From an uncultured Clostridia bacterium (lineage in GTDB: Bacteria; Bacillota; Limnochordia; DTU080): 50,949 nt of DNA. The DNA is taken from assembly GCA_964390985.1 (NCBI GenBank), contig CAYMKM010000001.1:1-50949 (forward strand). The letters are read 5' to 3'. Positions 9,430-19,763 of this stretch are shown here, in pieces. The position numbers and the translations under genes were made by a program. Each line of letters begins with the position of its first letter. Position 1 is the first letter of the stretch. The notes under the pieces were generated by a model, which did no database searches, was not told the origin of the DNA, and saw only the letters and a program-made list of their open reading frames with translations.

Positions 9430-10956
9430 ATGCTATTAGCAAATACAGCAACTTTGATGGAAATAGCAGCTGCCACTGGTGCGACTCTTATTGGCAGCCC
9501 AAATGTGCAAATTAGTTCTCTTGTTTACGATACGCGCAATAGCATTCCGCCCCAAACCCTTTTTGCTTGCATTAAAGGGCTTTCTTATGACGGTCATGAT
9601 TTTGGCGAATCAGCGGCTAGCGCTGGGGCGAGTGCCTTATTGGTGGAACGCCAGTTAAACATTAAGCTACCCCAGCTGCTAGTGGCCGATACTCGCCAAG
9701 CTATGGGTAAGGCAGCTGCCGTTATATATGGTAATCCGTCGCAAGCAATGCGTGTTATAGGTGTAACAGGTACCAAAGGAAAAACAACCACTACATATTT
9801 GATTAAACAATTGCTGGAAAAAACGGGAAAAGAAGTAGGCTTAGTGGGGACCACAGGCTTGGTAATTGGCGATCAGGTGGATACTACACCATTCTCCACT
9901 ACAAGTACACCTGAAGCACCCGATTTACAAATGATGCTAGCCCGCATGGTGCGTGCTAACTGCAGTGCAGCGGTAATGGAGGTTACATCGCACGCAGCGG
10001 CGCAAGCGCGCATTTACGGTACTGAGTTCGACGTATCTGTCTTTACCAACATTGCGCCCGATCATTTGGATTACCACGGTAGTTTCAACGATTATTTAGC
10101 AGCTAAAACTGACTTTTTCCGTTATGCTAACCAAGCGGGAATAAAAAAGAATAAGGGCGCCGTAATTAACCGCGATGATCCGCATTGGCAAGCATTTGCA
10201 CAAGCAACTACCTTACCGGTTATAACGGTGGGCGTTGATAATGGCGCTGATCTGCAGGCTGTAAATATACAAGTGCAACGTGGCGGTACCAGGTTTCAGT
10301 TAGTAGGACGTTTTGGCGAGGCTGATGTGTTTATGCCATTGCCTGGCCTTTTTAATGTGTATAATGCTTTATGTGCGGTTGGCGTTTTGTTGCATGAAGG
10401 TGTACCTTTGGCAGAAATTGTGCCTGCCCTAGAGCAATTAAAAGTTGTTCCAGGGCGGTTTGAACGCATTGACTGCGGGCAAAATTTCGAAGTATACATC
10501 GATTACGCCCACACTGGTCCAAGCATGGAGAACGTCCTTCGCTTAGCCCGTTCTTTTGTGCAAGGTCAGTTGATTGTCGTGTTTGGCGCTGGCGGTGATC
10601 GGCCTCGCCAGCGGCGTTATGAAATGGGGCAAGCTGCCGGTAGTTTGGCTGATAAAGTTATTATCACCTCTGATAATCCGCGCAGTGAGCCGCCAATGTT
10701 TATCTGTGCAGAAATTGCCCAGGCAGTAAAGCAATCGGGAATGCCAGATGATCAATATAAAGTGATAGTTGATAGGCGGGAGGCAATCGATTATGCCATT
10801 AATATGGCGGCTGCTGGCGATACGATTATAATTGCTGGTAAGGGCCATGAAACATATCAGGAAGTGCAAGGGAAAAGGTCACACTTCGACGATAGCGAAG
10901 AGGCACGAAGGGCCTTGCAAGAGCGAGGTGTGGCCGATGGCTCAGTTAACTGTTGA
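9430..10956 (+). CDS. murE: UDP-N-acetylmuramoyl-L-alanyl-D-glutamate--2,6-diaminopimelate ligase
   Basis: Mur ligase P-loop GVTGTKGKTTT. The DNPR motif (ITSDNPRSE) is associated with meso-DAP specificity. Position in the dcw cluster agrees. Confidence 0.92.
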   Translation: MLLANTATLMEIAAATGATLIGSPNVQISSLVYDTRNSIPPQTLFACIKGLSYDGHDFGESAASAGASALLVERQLNIKLPQLLVADTRQAMGKAAAVIYGNPSQAMRVIGVTGTKGKTTTTYLIKQLLEKTGKEVGLVGTTGLVIGDQVDTTPFSTTSTPEAPDLQMMLARMVRANCSAAVMEVTSHAAAQARIYGTEFDVSVFTNIAPDHLDYHGSFNDYLAAKTDFFRYANQAGIKKNKGAVINRDDPHWQAFAQATTLPVITVGVDNGADLQAVNIQVQRGGTRFQLVGRFGEADVFMPLPGLFNVYNALCAVGVLLHEGVPLAEIVPALEQLKVVPGRFERIDCGQNFEVYIDYAHTGPSMENVLRLARSFVQGQLIVVFGAGGDRPRQRRYEMGQAAGSLADKVIITSDNPRSEPPMFICAEIAQAVKQSGMPDDQYKVIVDRREAIDYAINMAAAGDTIIIAGKGHETYQEVQGKRSHFDDSEEARRALQERGVADGSVNC

Positions 10957-12349
10957 AGAGTATTTATCTGCACTTGACGGTGAATTAATATGGGGTACGC
11001 CAGTAGACTGTGGTGGCGTATTCACTGATAGTAGGCGCCCTTTACCCGCAGGTTTATTTCTCGCACTAATTGGTGAACGTTTCGATGGTCACGATTATAT
11101 TGAGGCAGCCGGCAGAGCAGGAGCCCTAGGAGCTATTGTCGATCGCCGACGGCAACAAAAGGCTATACAACAGGCAGTTAATCTTGCTGAACACCATTCG
11201 CAGCCGTTATTTTTAATGGCTGTTAGCGATACCCTGGAAGCATTACATAAGCTAGCAAATGCGCATCGCCGTAAATTTACCGGGCCAGTAATTGCTATTA
11301 CCGGTAGCAATGGTAAAACATCGACAAAAGAGATGACTGCGCATTGTTTGCGTACACAGTATAAGGTATTAGCTACTGAACGCAATTATAATAACGAAGT
11401 AGGGCTGCCCCTAACCTTACTGGGATTAACCCCAGAACACAATATTTGCGTGGTAGAGATGGGAATGCGCGGTTTGGGGCAGATCGCTCGTTTGGCAGCT
11501 GTGGCTGAACCGAACATTGGCGTTATCACTAACATAGGCCCGGTTCACTTAGAGCTATTGGGCGACATAGATAATGTGGCCGCTGCCAAATCGGAGTTGA
11601 TCCAAGCGTTATCGCCAAGCGGAGTGGCTGTACTCAATGGCGACGATGATAAAGCGGCTGCTATGGCCAAACAGGCGAAAGGAACCGTGATCACTTACGG
11701 TATTTCCCACAACTGTCGTCTGCAAGCCCGTAACATAGAACTTCATCCCAGTGAGAGTACGTTTCAGGTTTGGTTTGATGGCGAAAAAGTGACCGATGTG
11801 TTGCTTAGTCTACCTGGCGAGCACAATGTATATAATGCGCTGGCAGCGTTAGCGGCTGTACTATCAATCGGAGGGGATTTGCCTGTAGCTGCAGCCACCT
11901 TGGCCACTATGGCGCCGTTACCTATGCGCTTGGAACGAACAGCGCTTCCTTCGGGGACCGTGCTGATAAATGACGCCTATAACGCTAGCCCAACCTCTAT
12001 GCAGGTGGCATTAGATGTACTCTCCCGCAGTGAAGGTCGGCGGGTGGCAGTTTTGGGGGATATGCTTGAGTTGGGCGTCGATTCACAAGCACAACACCAC
12101 GAAGTAGGTAGGCTAGCGGTAACCGCTGGTGTGCAAAAGTTAGTGGTGGTAGGTAAAGGTGGCAAGGCCATTGCCCAAGGTGCCCTATCAGCCGGCTTAT
12201 CTCCTAAAGCGATTCAGCATTATCCAACAGCAGCAGCAGCCAGTGCGGCCATAGACAATTGGTTGCATTCGGGCGATTGCGTATTAGTAAAAGCATCGCG
12301 TGGAGTGCGGTTAGAGCAAGTGGCTGAAGCTGTAATTAGAAAGCGGTGA
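10937..12349 (+). CDS. murF: UDP-N-acetylmuramoyl-tripeptide--D-alanyl-D-alanine ligase
   Basis: ITGSNGKTSTKEM P-loop and Mur ligase middle and C-terminal domains. The start was moved to the ATG at 10937 (SD GAGGTG). The longer ORF-track start lies inside murE. Confidence 0.92.
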   Translation: MAQLTVEEYLSALDGELIWGTPVDCGGVFTDSRRPLPAGLFLALIGERFDGHDYIEAAGRAGALGAIVDRRRQQKAIQQAVNLAEHHSQPLFLMAVSDTLEALHKLANAHRRKFTGPVIAITGSNGKTSTKEMTAHCLRTQYKVLATERNYNNEVGLPLTLLGLTPEHNICVVEMGMRGLGQIARLAAVAEPNIGVITNIGPVHLELLGDIDNVAAAKSELIQALSPSGVAVLNGDDDKAAAMAKQAKGTVITYGISHNCRLQARNIELHPSESTFQVWFDGEKVTDVLLSLPGEHNVYNALAALAAVLSIGGDLPVAAATLATMAPLPMRLERTALPSGTVLINDAYNASPTSMQVALDVLSRSEGRRVAVLGDMLELGVDSQAQHHEVGRLAVTAGVQKLVVVGKGGKAIAQGALSAGLSPKAIQHYPTAAAASAAIDNWLHSGDCVLVKASRGVRLEQVAEAVIRKR

Positions 12350-13317
12350 GTACCTTGAGTGACTTCAGCCACATAACACTGACTGGAATATTATCCTTTG
12401 CTATAGCTTTAGCTATTGGGCCAGGTATCATAAGTTACCTTTATAAATTAAAATTTGGTCAGTCTATTCGTCAAGCGGGCCCAGCAACTCACCAAAAAAA
12501 AGCAGGGACACCTACCATGGGTGGCATCATTATTATTTTTGCTTTTGTGGTGGCTACTTTGTTGATGGTAAAGCAATTTGAACTAGTTCCTTATGCGTTA
12601 TTTGCTGTAGTAGGTTTTGGCCTAATAGGACTGCTTGATGATTATGTTAAGGTGACTAAGAGGTCATTAGGATTAAAAGCTAGGCATAAACTACTTGGTC
12701 AGGTGCTAATTGCTTTACTGGTGGCCTTATATGCGCTAAATGAACCACGAATAGGCCCAGTATTGCTTATGCCCTTTTCGCAGGTGAACATAGTGTTGGC
12801 CGATTGGTTATACCTGTTAATAGTTATGTTTACTTTACTAGGGGCAGTTAATGGGGTGAACTTCGCCGATGGACTTGATGGCTTGGCAGCGGGTGCTACA
12901 GCAGTGGCTGCCGTAGCTTACGCCGTAATTGCCTACATGCTAGGGAACACAGAGCTTGCCGTATTTGCTGTAGCAGTAGCCGGTGCCTGTTTGGGGTTTT
13001 CCTGGTTTAACTCGCATCCAGCACAGGTAATTATGGGGGATCTTGGCAGTTTGGCTTTAGGTGGTGCCCTAGGTGTATTGGCCGTCTTCACCAGAACAGA
13101 ACTGTTATTGCCCATTATAGGTGGAGTATTTGTTATTGAGATTTTATCTGTAGTGATTCAAGTGGTTTATTTTCGTTTGACGGGCGGCAGACGTTTTTTC
13201 CGGATGAGTCCGATACACCATCACTACGAATTAGCTGGCTGGGCAGAGACAAAAGTGGTGACACGGTTTTGGTTGGTGGCCTTGATCTTTGCTTTGCTGG
13301 GATTACTGGCATTTTAA
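12346..13317 (+). CDS. mraY: Phospho-N-acetylmuramoyl-pentapeptide transferase
   Basis: Polytopic membrane protein with the KxGTPTMGG, DDYxK, NGVNFADGLDGLA and HHHYE motifs. The GTG start overlaps the murF stop (GTGA). Confidence 0.95.
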   Translation: MSTLSDFSHITLTGILSFAIALAIGPGIISYLYKLKFGQSIRQAGPATHQKKAGTPTMGGIIIIFAFVVATLLMVKQFELVPYALFAVVGFGLIGLLDDYVKVTKRSLGLKARHKLLGQVLIALLVALYALNEPRIGPVLLMPFSQVNIVLADWLYLLIVMFTLLGAVNGVNFADGLDGLAAGATAVAAVAYAVIAYMLGNTELAVFAVAVAGACLGFSWFNSHPAQVIMGDLGSLALGGALGVLAVFTRTELLLPIIGGVFVIEILSVVIQVVYFRLTGGRRFFRMSPIHHHYELAGWAETKVVTRFWLVALIFALLGLLAF

Positions 13318-13326
13318 CCTGGAGCT

Positions 13327-14451
13327 TTGGCTTTTGGGGGTGAAAGAATGGCCGGAGCTAAGCGCCCGGATGCATGGATCATCATAATAACCATGTGTAT
13401 ATTGGCAATTGGCATTGTTATGGTATATAGTGCCAGCTACGCTACGGCTGGTGAAACCATTAACGATACATATTACTTTGTAAAACGGCAGTTACTTTGG
13501 GCGCTTGTTGGTTTAGTTGGTATGTATGTTATGTCTCGCATTGATTACCACATATGGCGTTTATGGGCATTACCCGGATACTTACTGGCTATTGCGTTAC
13601 TTGGCTTGGTTTTAGTGGTGGGTGGCGATGTGATGGGTGCTCAGCGCTGGATTCACGTAGGCCCACTCAGCATGCAACCCTCCGAGTTTGCTAAGTTAGC
13701 CCTCATTAATTTTTTAGCTGCCTATTTGGCTAGTCGTCGCGCTGATATTGAGCGCTTTATAAATGGCTTCGCTTTACCCTTGGGTTTAATTTTGTTGGCC
13801 GTGGCCCTCATTATGCTGGAACCGGATTTAGGTACCAGCGTAGCAATTATTGGCATCGCCGTGATGATGTTATATGCCGCTGGTACCCGTATAAGGCATC
13901 TAGTGATGTTGGCGGTTGCTGCGGTACCAGCAGTTTACGCTTTAATACGGTTGGCACCGTACCGCATGCGGCGTTTTACAGCATTTATAAACCCATGGAG
14001 TGACCCACTTGATTCGGGTTGGAACATTATTCAATCGCTTTTAGCAATAGGGTCCGGTGGTTTGTTCGGCTTAGGCTTGGGTGCTAGTCGGCAAAAATAC
14101 CACTATTTGCCAGAGCAATACACAGACTTCATTTTTGCTATTCTAGCGGAAGAACTGGGGTTAATTGGTGCTGCCACACTAATGTTGCTGTTTTTAGTTT
14201 TGGCTTGGCGTGGGTACCGGGCTGCATTGAGGGCTCCAGACTTATTTGGTTGCTTATTCGCGGTTGGGATCACAACAATGATAGCATTACAAGCATTTTT
14301 AAACATAGCTGTGGTTTGTTCAATTGTTCCCGCCACTGGCATCACATTACCCTTAGTGAGTGCCGGAGGTTCGTCGCTCTCTATCACCTTAGCTGGGCTT
14401 GGTGTGTTACTTAACATTTCTGCTGCTGGTGTGTCGCGTAAGGAGGGGTAG
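13327..14451 (+). CDS. ftsW: SEDS-family peptidoglycan polymerase (FtsW/SpoVE)
   Basis: About 10 TM segments with PSEFAKL, EPDLGT and PLVSAGGSS motifs. The start may be the internal ATG (MAGAKR). Confidence 0.9.
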   Translation: MAFGGERMAGAKRPDAWIIIITMCILAIGIVMVYSASYATAGETINDTYYFVKRQLLWALVGLVGMYVMSRIDYHIWRLWALPGYLLAIALLGLVLVVGGDVMGAQRWIHVGPLSMQPSEFAKLALINFLAAYLASRRADIERFINGFALPLGLILLAVALIMLEPDLGTSVAIIGIAVMMLYAAGTRIRHLVMLAVAAVPAVYALIRLAPYRMRRFTAFINPWSDPLDSGWNIIQSLLAIGSGGLFGLGLGASRQKYHYLPEQYTDFIFAILAEELGLIGAATLMLLFLVLAWRGYRAALRAPDLFGCLFAVGITTMIALQAFLNIAVVCSIVPATGITLPLVSAGGSSLSITLAGLGVLLNISAAGVSRKEG

Positions 14452-14453
14452 GT

Positions 14454-15584
14454 ATGCGTGTTTTAATAGCTGGTGGAGGGACAGGCGGACACATATACCC
14501 AGGTATAGTTGTAGCGCAACACCTGCAAGCCAAAGGTGCTAAAGTGCTGTTTGTCGGCACAAAAAAAGGAATGGAAGCCGATATTATCCCTCGCTACGGT
14601 TTCGACTTCACCACTATTAGCTCTCGCTATATACCGCGGCGAATATCACCAGCAGTGTTTGTAGCCTTAGCAAGTGCTGGCCGGGGTTTTTTAGAAGCGG
14701 CGGCAATTGTGCGCGATTTTCATCCTGATGTTGTTGTTGGCATGGGTGGTTATGTAGCTGGACCTATGGTGTTAATGGCAGCATTTAAGCGTGTTCCCAC
14801 ATTAATTCATGAGCAAAACGCATATCCGGGTGTAACCAATAAAATATTGGCACGCTTTGTGAGCAAGGTAGCTTTAGGATACCGAGAAGCTGCTCGGTAT
14901 TTGCCTGCTCATAAAGTGGTGGTAACCGGTAACCCTGTGCGACCCGAAATAACGAAGTACACCAGAGAAGAAGGTCGGCGCTATTTTGGATTTGCCAATA
15001 ATAAAAAAGTGTTGCTAGTGGCTCCGGGTAGTCAAGGAGCACGTCAAATTAACCAAGCAATGCTCGATGCCGCTGAAGTGTTCCACCTCCGTCAAGATTT
15101 ACAGGTATTGCATGCCACCGGAAAAAGACAATTCGATGACGTGAAAGAGGAAATAACTCGTCGTGGCGGACGATTCGATAAAAAGGAGCAATGCTGTTAT
15201 TATGGCAACTATAAAGTGGTGCCATATATATACGATATGCCGCAGGCTTATGCAGCAGCAGATCTTTTGGTGGGTCGGGGTGGTGCATTATCATCTGCCG
15301 AAATAACGCTGCGTGGTCTGCCGGCTTTGCTGGTGCCATATCCGCATTCAGCAGAGAACCATCAACTATTTAATGCACGTGTACTAGAAGCTAATGGTGC
15401 TGCTTGGGTATTACTAGATAAGGATGTCAATGGTAACTCACTCAGTCGGGCGGTATTACAATTGCTAGATGCGCCTGCAACTCTGGCCGCTATGCAAAAG
15501 GCCAGTCACCGATTGGGTAAACCCGAAGCGGCCGATGATGTGCTCAGGTTAATATGTGAGCTGGCGAAAACAAAAGCAAAATAA
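14454..15584 (+). CDS. murG: UDP-N-acetylglucosamine--N-acetylmuramyl-(pentapeptide) pyrophosphoryl-undecaprenol GlcNAc transferase
   Basis: N-terminal GGGTGGHIYPG motif and a C-terminal GT28 domain (RGGALSSAEI). Confidence 0.93.
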   Translation: MRVLIAGGGTGGHIYPGIVVAQHLQAKGAKVLFVGTKKGMEADIIPRYGFDFTTISSRYIPRRISPAVFVALASAGRGFLEAAAIVRDFHPDVVVGMGGYVAGPMVLMAAFKRVPTLIHEQNAYPGVTNKILARFVSKVALGYREAARYLPAHKVVVTGNPVRPEITKYTREEGRRYFGFANNKKVLLVAPGSQGARQINQAMLDAAEVFHLRQDLQVLHATGKRQFDDVKEEITRRGGRFDKKEQCCYYGNYKVVPYIYDMPQAYAAADLLVGRGGALSSAEITLRGLPALLVPYPHSAENHQLFNARVLEANGAAWVLLDKDVNGNSLSRAVLQLLDAPATLAAMQKASHRLGKPEAADDVLRLICELAKTKAK

Positions 15585-15611
15585 GAACATAGGAGTCGAG
15601 AGGTACATAGC

Positions 15612-16529
15612 ATGTGGGAGAAAGGCCTAAATCTGCAAGGTGAGGTATGTTTTGCCGAGGCGATGAGTTCTCATACCAGTTTGCGTGTGGGTGGTCCGGC
15701 GGATATTTGGATTATGCCTCACAACGTGGATAATTTGTGTTCGGCACTACGCACCTTGCATGAGCAAAAAGTGCCGATAACAGTAATTGGTCGGGGGACT
15801 AACTTGCTGGTGGCTGAAGCAGGTGTAAGAGGTGCAGTAATAAGTCTGTCAAAACTAGATAAGGTAGATTTTGCTGGAGAACAAGTGCGTGCACAGGCAG
15901 GCGTCTCTTTGGCTAAATTAGCTAAAATGACTGCAAAACGTGGTCTTTCTGGTTTGGAGTCACTGGCGGGTATACCCGGGACGGTGGGTGGAGCAGTAGC
16001 TATGAATGCTGGTGCCTATGGCAGTAACATGGCTAGCATTGTAGAGCAAGTGCATATGGTGAACTTTAACGGACACGAACAACATGCAGATAAAGCAGAG
16101 ATGGAGTTTGGGTATCGTACTAGCGTTCTGAATAAGTGTCCCAATTTGGCAGTGGTGGAAGTCCTTCTCAATTTGAGGGCGGATACATCAAATGCCGTGA
16201 AAGAACGCATGATTGAATTCGCCAGAAAAAGAGCACGCACACAACCATTAGGCCAGCCTAGTTGTGGTAGTGTATTCAAAAATCCACCGGGTGATTATTC
16301 AGCTCGTCTCATACAGGAGTGCGGTTTGAAAGGGGTATCAAAAGGGGGGGCTACAATTTCACCACGGCACGCTAATTTTATTGTGACCGGGCCAGGTGCT
16401 CGTGCGCAAGATGTAATGGATTTAATTGAGATGGCTAGGCAAACAGTGGCCCAGCGTTTTGGGGTGTGGTTGGAGTTGGAGGTTCAGCTTCTAGGATGGG
16501 ATTCATGGGCACAGGTGAAAGAGGTGTAG
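15612..16529 (+). CDS. murB: UDP-N-acetylenolpyruvoylglucosamine reductase
   Basis: FAD-binding PCMH-type domain (GRGTNLLV, GIPGTVGGAVAMNAGAYG) and the C-terminal SCGSVFKNP motif. Confidence 0.93.
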   Translation: MWEKGLNLQGEVCFAEAMSSHTSLRVGGPADIWIMPHNVDNLCSALRTLHEQKVPITVIGRGTNLLVAEAGVRGAVISLSKLDKVDFAGEQVRAQAGVSLAKLAKMTAKRGLSGLESLAGIPGTVGGAVAMNAGAYGSNMASIVEQVHMVNFNGHEQHADKAEMEFGYRTSVLNKCPNLAVVEVLLNLRADTSNAVKERMIEFARKRARTQPLGQPSCGSVFKNPPGDYSARLIQECGLKGVSKGGATISPRHANFIVTGPGARAQDVMDLIEMARQTVAQRFGVWLELEVQLLGWDSWAQVKEV

Positions 16530-16532
16530 GGG

Positions 16533-17816
16533 ATGGAGCATTTATACATTGAGGGTGGCCGGCCCCTAGTTGGTACGATGCATATCAGTGGGGCTAAGAA
16601 CGCTGTCCTCAAGTTGATGGCTGCCAGCCTGATGACCTGTGAGGACTGCGTTATACGTAATGTACCGCGTATTAAAGATGTAGCCAATATGATGGCTGTT
16701 TTGCGTGGCCTGGGTGCCCAGGTGCATTTGGATGCACGCGGTGTTATGCGAATTTCCAGTGGGGAGGAGCTCTCATGGGAGGCACCTGATAACAGTGCCC
16801 GTGAGATGCGCGCCTCCATTCAGGTGATGGGGCCATTGCTCTCCCGCTTACACCATGTACGCATCGCTCATCCAGGCGGATGCGCTATAGGAGCTAGGCC
16901 CATAGACTTACACATAGCTGGATTGCGTAAATTGGGAGCACAGATCACCGAGGAATATGGACACATAAACGGTTATTGTGAGCGTCTAAAAGGTGCCGAT
17001 ATTCATTTGGATTATCCTAGTGTAGGGGCTACAGAGAACTTGATGATGGCCGCTACGCTCGCCGAAGGGGTAACGACAATATATAACGGTGCCCGCGAAC
17101 CAGAAATTATTGAAGTGCAAAATTTCCTTAACTACATGGGTGCTCGAGTGCGCGGGGCTGGTACTGATACAATTCGTATTACCGGAGTAGACTCATTGGG
17201 TGGCGCCGACCATACGGTAGTACCCGATCGCATAGAAGCGGGCACATATATGGTCGCAGCAGTGATGACAGGGGGTGAGTTATTATTAGAACCAGTGATT
17301 GCTGATCACTTACAAATGGTAATAGCTAAGTTGCGGGAGGCAGGAGCAGCAGTAGAGGTAGAAGGAGAACGAGTTTATGTGCGGGGGCAAGGGCGCATTC
17401 GACCCTTACAGTTACGCTCGGCACCGCATCCGGGCTTTCCTACAGATATGCAACCTCAGTTTATATCCATGCTTACCATGGCTAATGGTACCAGCATAGT
17501 GAGTGAAAACGTTTATTCCAGCCGTTTTAGACATGTAGATGAGTTTGTACGCATGGGTGCTGATATTAGCGTTGATGGCCGCATTGCAATTATCCGCGGT
17601 CCCAACAGATTAACCGGAGCGCAAGTGCAAGCTTGGGATCTGCGTGCTGGTGCTGCGGTTGTACTAGCCGGATTGGCAGCTGAAGGTATTACGCGTGTCG
17701 CAAATATACACCACATTGACAGAGGTTACGAGCAGCTAGAGGAGAAATTAAAGGGCGTAGGTGCCAATATCGAGCGGCGCGAAACAGTTAATATAGAAGA
17801 ACCAGTATTAGTGTGA
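16533..17816 (+). CDS. murA: UDP-N-acetylglucosamine 1-carboxyvinyltransferase
   Basis: ISGAKNA is at the N terminus. The GGCAIGARPIDLH loop contains the catalytic Cys. EPSP-synthase-like fold motifs are present (FPTDMQ, HIDRGYE). Confidence 0.95.
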   Translation: MEHLYIEGGRPLVGTMHISGAKNAVLKLMAASLMTCEDCVIRNVPRIKDVANMMAVLRGLGAQVHLDARGVMRISSGEELSWEAPDNSAREMRASIQVMGPLLSRLHHVRIAHPGGCAIGARPIDLHIAGLRKLGAQITEEYGHINGYCERLKGADIHLDYPSVGATENLMMAATLAEGVTTIYNGAREPEIIEVQNFLNYMGARVRGAGTDTIRITGVDSLGGADHTVVPDRIEAGTYMVAAVMTGGELLLEPVIADHLQMVIAKLREAGAAVEVEGERVYVRGQGRIRPLQLRSAPHPGFPTDMQPQFISMLTMANGTSIVSENVYSSRFRHVDEFVRMGADISVDGRIAIIRGPNRLTGAQVQAWDLRAGAAVVLAGLAAEGITRVANIHHIDRGYEQLEEKLKGVGANIERRETVNIEEPVLV

Positions 17817-17845
17817 AGGGAAGCAGGGTGGCTGTGTGGTACTAA

Positions 17846-18577
17846 GTGCCTGTAGTGAGGGGGCACAGCATGCAGCGGAATCGGGCTGAACGCGGTTTTT
17901 CTATAGCATTGGGCTTATTCGCTTGTGTGCTTGCTATTCATCTTTTTGTGCAATCACCTTTCTTTATTGTTAAATCAGTATCTGTACGCGGTCTGCAACA
18001 ACTAGACGAATCATCTATTATCGCCCATTCAGGTATACGGTCCGGGGTGAACATTTTCGATGTCGATGTAGCGCAAGCTCGGCAACGACTATTAAAAGAA
18101 CCGAGGTTAGATACAGTTCGGATATTGCGTCGGTGGCCAGCACGCATAGAAATAATAGTCCAGGAGCGTGTGCCAGTTGCTATGCTTGCAGCAGCCGATA
18201 CTTTATGGTTGGTGGATGATAAGGGAGTAGTTTTAGGTAATAGCACAGGAGAAGAGAGCCTAATGGTGCTTACGTACCCTACGGCAATCTCCCCAGTGCT
18301 TGGAGAAGCGTTACCGCCACCAGCATTGCGGGCAGCAGCAGGGTTAGCTGGTGATTTACCTGTGTTGTTAGCTGTAGAAATGGCGGAGATACGCGCCTTG
18401 GCAGTGGACAACCTTGAATTAATAACGCGCAATGGAGTGGTTATATATTTTGGTTCCTGGAGCGAAACCAAACTGAAGTACGCTGTATTGACGACGTTGT
18501 TCGCACAAATATCCGCAAATGATACTCAACCGACGAGAATTGACGTAAGTCGTCCTGAAACCCCTGTAGTGAGGTAA
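17846..18577 (+). CDS. ftsQ: Cell division protein FtsQ/DivIB (POTRA domain)
   Basis: A TM segment is followed by a POTRA-like segment (VKSVSVRGLQQLDESSI...RRWPARIEIIVQER). It sits immediately upstream of ftsZ. The start is uncertain (alternative ATG at MQRNRAE). Confidence 0.75.
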   Translation: MPVVRGHSMQRNRAERGFSIALGLFACVLAIHLFVQSPFFIVKSVSVRGLQQLDESSIIAHSGIRSGVNIFDVDVAQARQRLLKEPRLDTVRILRRWPARIEIIVQERVPVAMLAAADTLWLVDDKGVVLGNSTGEESLMVLTYPTAISPVLGEALPPPALRAAAGLAGDLPVLLAVEMAEIRALAVDNLELITRNGVVIYFGSWSETKLKYAVLTTLFAQISANDTQPTRIDVSRPETPVVR

Positions 18578-18656
18578 TTCTTGCGCAGGAATGGTTCTAT
18601 AAACGTTGAACATATTTATTCAGTACTTACCAGGAGCTGGTAGGAGGAGAGACTCC

Positions 18657-19712
18657 ATGTTCGAGTATGATGCCGAGGGGACCCAGTTTGCCCAAATAAA
18701 AGTGATTGGCGTTGGAGGGGCCGGCAGCAATGCCGTAAACCGCATGATCGAAGCCGGATTGCAAAATGTGCAGTTTATTGCCATGAATACTGACTCCCAA
18801 GCGCTGCTTTCGTCTAATGCACCATACAAGGTTTTACTAGGCGAAAAGCTCACCCGGGGGCTAGGGGCTGGTTCTGACCCACAAGTTGGGAAAAAAGCTA
18901 CAGAAGAGAGTCGCGAGGATATCCGTAAAGTTGTTGAAGGATCTGATATGGTTTTTGTCACTGCTGGTATGGGTGGAGGTACGGGTACTGGTGGTGCCCC
19001 GGTAGTGTGTGAAATAGCTAAGGAACTCAATGTGTTAACGGTGGCGGTAGTTACTAAACCTTTCGCTTTTGAAAAGCAACGGCGGCGTAGCCAGGCCGAT
19101 ACTGGCATTGAGCAGATGCGGGGCAAGGTCGATACACTCATCACCATTCCTAACGATCGTCTGCTACAGGTTATTGATAAACGCACCTCAATTATTGAAG
19201 CTTTTCATATTGCCGATGATGTATTGCGTCACGGTGTACAAGGTATATCGGACCTAATTACCATGCCCGGCCTAATTAACCTGGATTTTGCTGATGTACG
19301 CACTATTATGACTGATGCAGGCTCTGCACTGATGGGTATTGGACAGGCTTCTGGCGATGATCGAGCGGTTAAAGCCGCACGCGATGCTATTTGCAGTCCA
19401 CTGCTGGAAGCATCTATTGAGGGTGCGAAAAACATTCTTATTAACATCACCGGGAGCTCGGCGTTAGGCATGTTTGAAGTGAATGATGCAGCCGAAACTA
19501 TTGCCCAGGCAGCTGATGACGAAGCTAACGTGATATTTGGTTATGTAGTTGATGAAACAATGCAAGATGAAATAAAAGTGACAGTGGTGGCCACTGGTTT
19601 TGATACGAGGAAAGATGGGTTTAAACCTAAAGCGCTCAAAGAACTGGAAATCCCCCAGTTTATGAATGATAACATTGAGATCCCAGCTTTCTTGCGTCGT
19701 CGGCCTTCATAA
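18657..19712 (+). CDS. ftsZ: Cell division GTPase FtsZ
   Basis: [10 protein letters not shown], the tubulin signature [18 protein letters not shown], and the C-terminal peptide IPAFLRRR. The start was set at the ATG at 18657 behind SD TAGGAGGAG. Confidence 0.97.
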   Translation: MFEYDAEGTQFAQIKVIGVGGAGSNAVNRMIEAGLQNVQFIAMNTDSQALLSSNAPYKVLLGEKLTRGLGAGSDPQVGKKATEESREDIRKVVEGSDMVFVTAGMGGGTGTGGAPVVCEIAKELNVLTVAVVTKPFAFEKQRRRSQADTGIEQMRGKVDTLITIPNDRLLQVIDKRTSIIEAFHIADDVLRHGVQGISDLITMPGLINLDFADVRTIMTDAGSALMGIGQASGDDRAVKAARDAICSPLLEASIEGAKNILINITGSSALGMFEVNDAAETIAQAADDEANVIFGYVVDETMQDEIKVTVVATGFDTRKDGFKPKALKELEIPQFMNDNIEIPAFLRRRPS

Positions 19713-19734
19713 GAATGTAATTGCAAAGCCGTAG

Positions 19735-19763
19735 GAGGGTGTCCAAGGATTTGAGGCACCCTC
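19735..19763. terminator. Weak hairpin between the convergent ftsZ and sigE ends
   Basis: 7-bp stem gagggtg/caccctc with a 15-nt loop and no clear U-tract. The 3' arm abuts the sigE stop codon. Confidence 0.3.

Noticed and set aside
10832-10936. Upstream extension of murF (and likewise 31329-31403 for helicase A, 18606-18656 for ftsZ, 47817-47888 for dapL)
   Set aside because: The extensions lie inside the preceding genes or lack an SD. In each case an internal start codon has a good SD and restores the family-typical N terminus.
17938-19186. Long antisense ORFs (177 aa and 188 aa) opposite ftsQ and ftsZ
   Set aside because: They lie fully inside strongly supported genes. Their composition is low-complexity and Ser/Arg/Pro-rich, typical of antisense frames. 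No SD or recognisable motif was seen.
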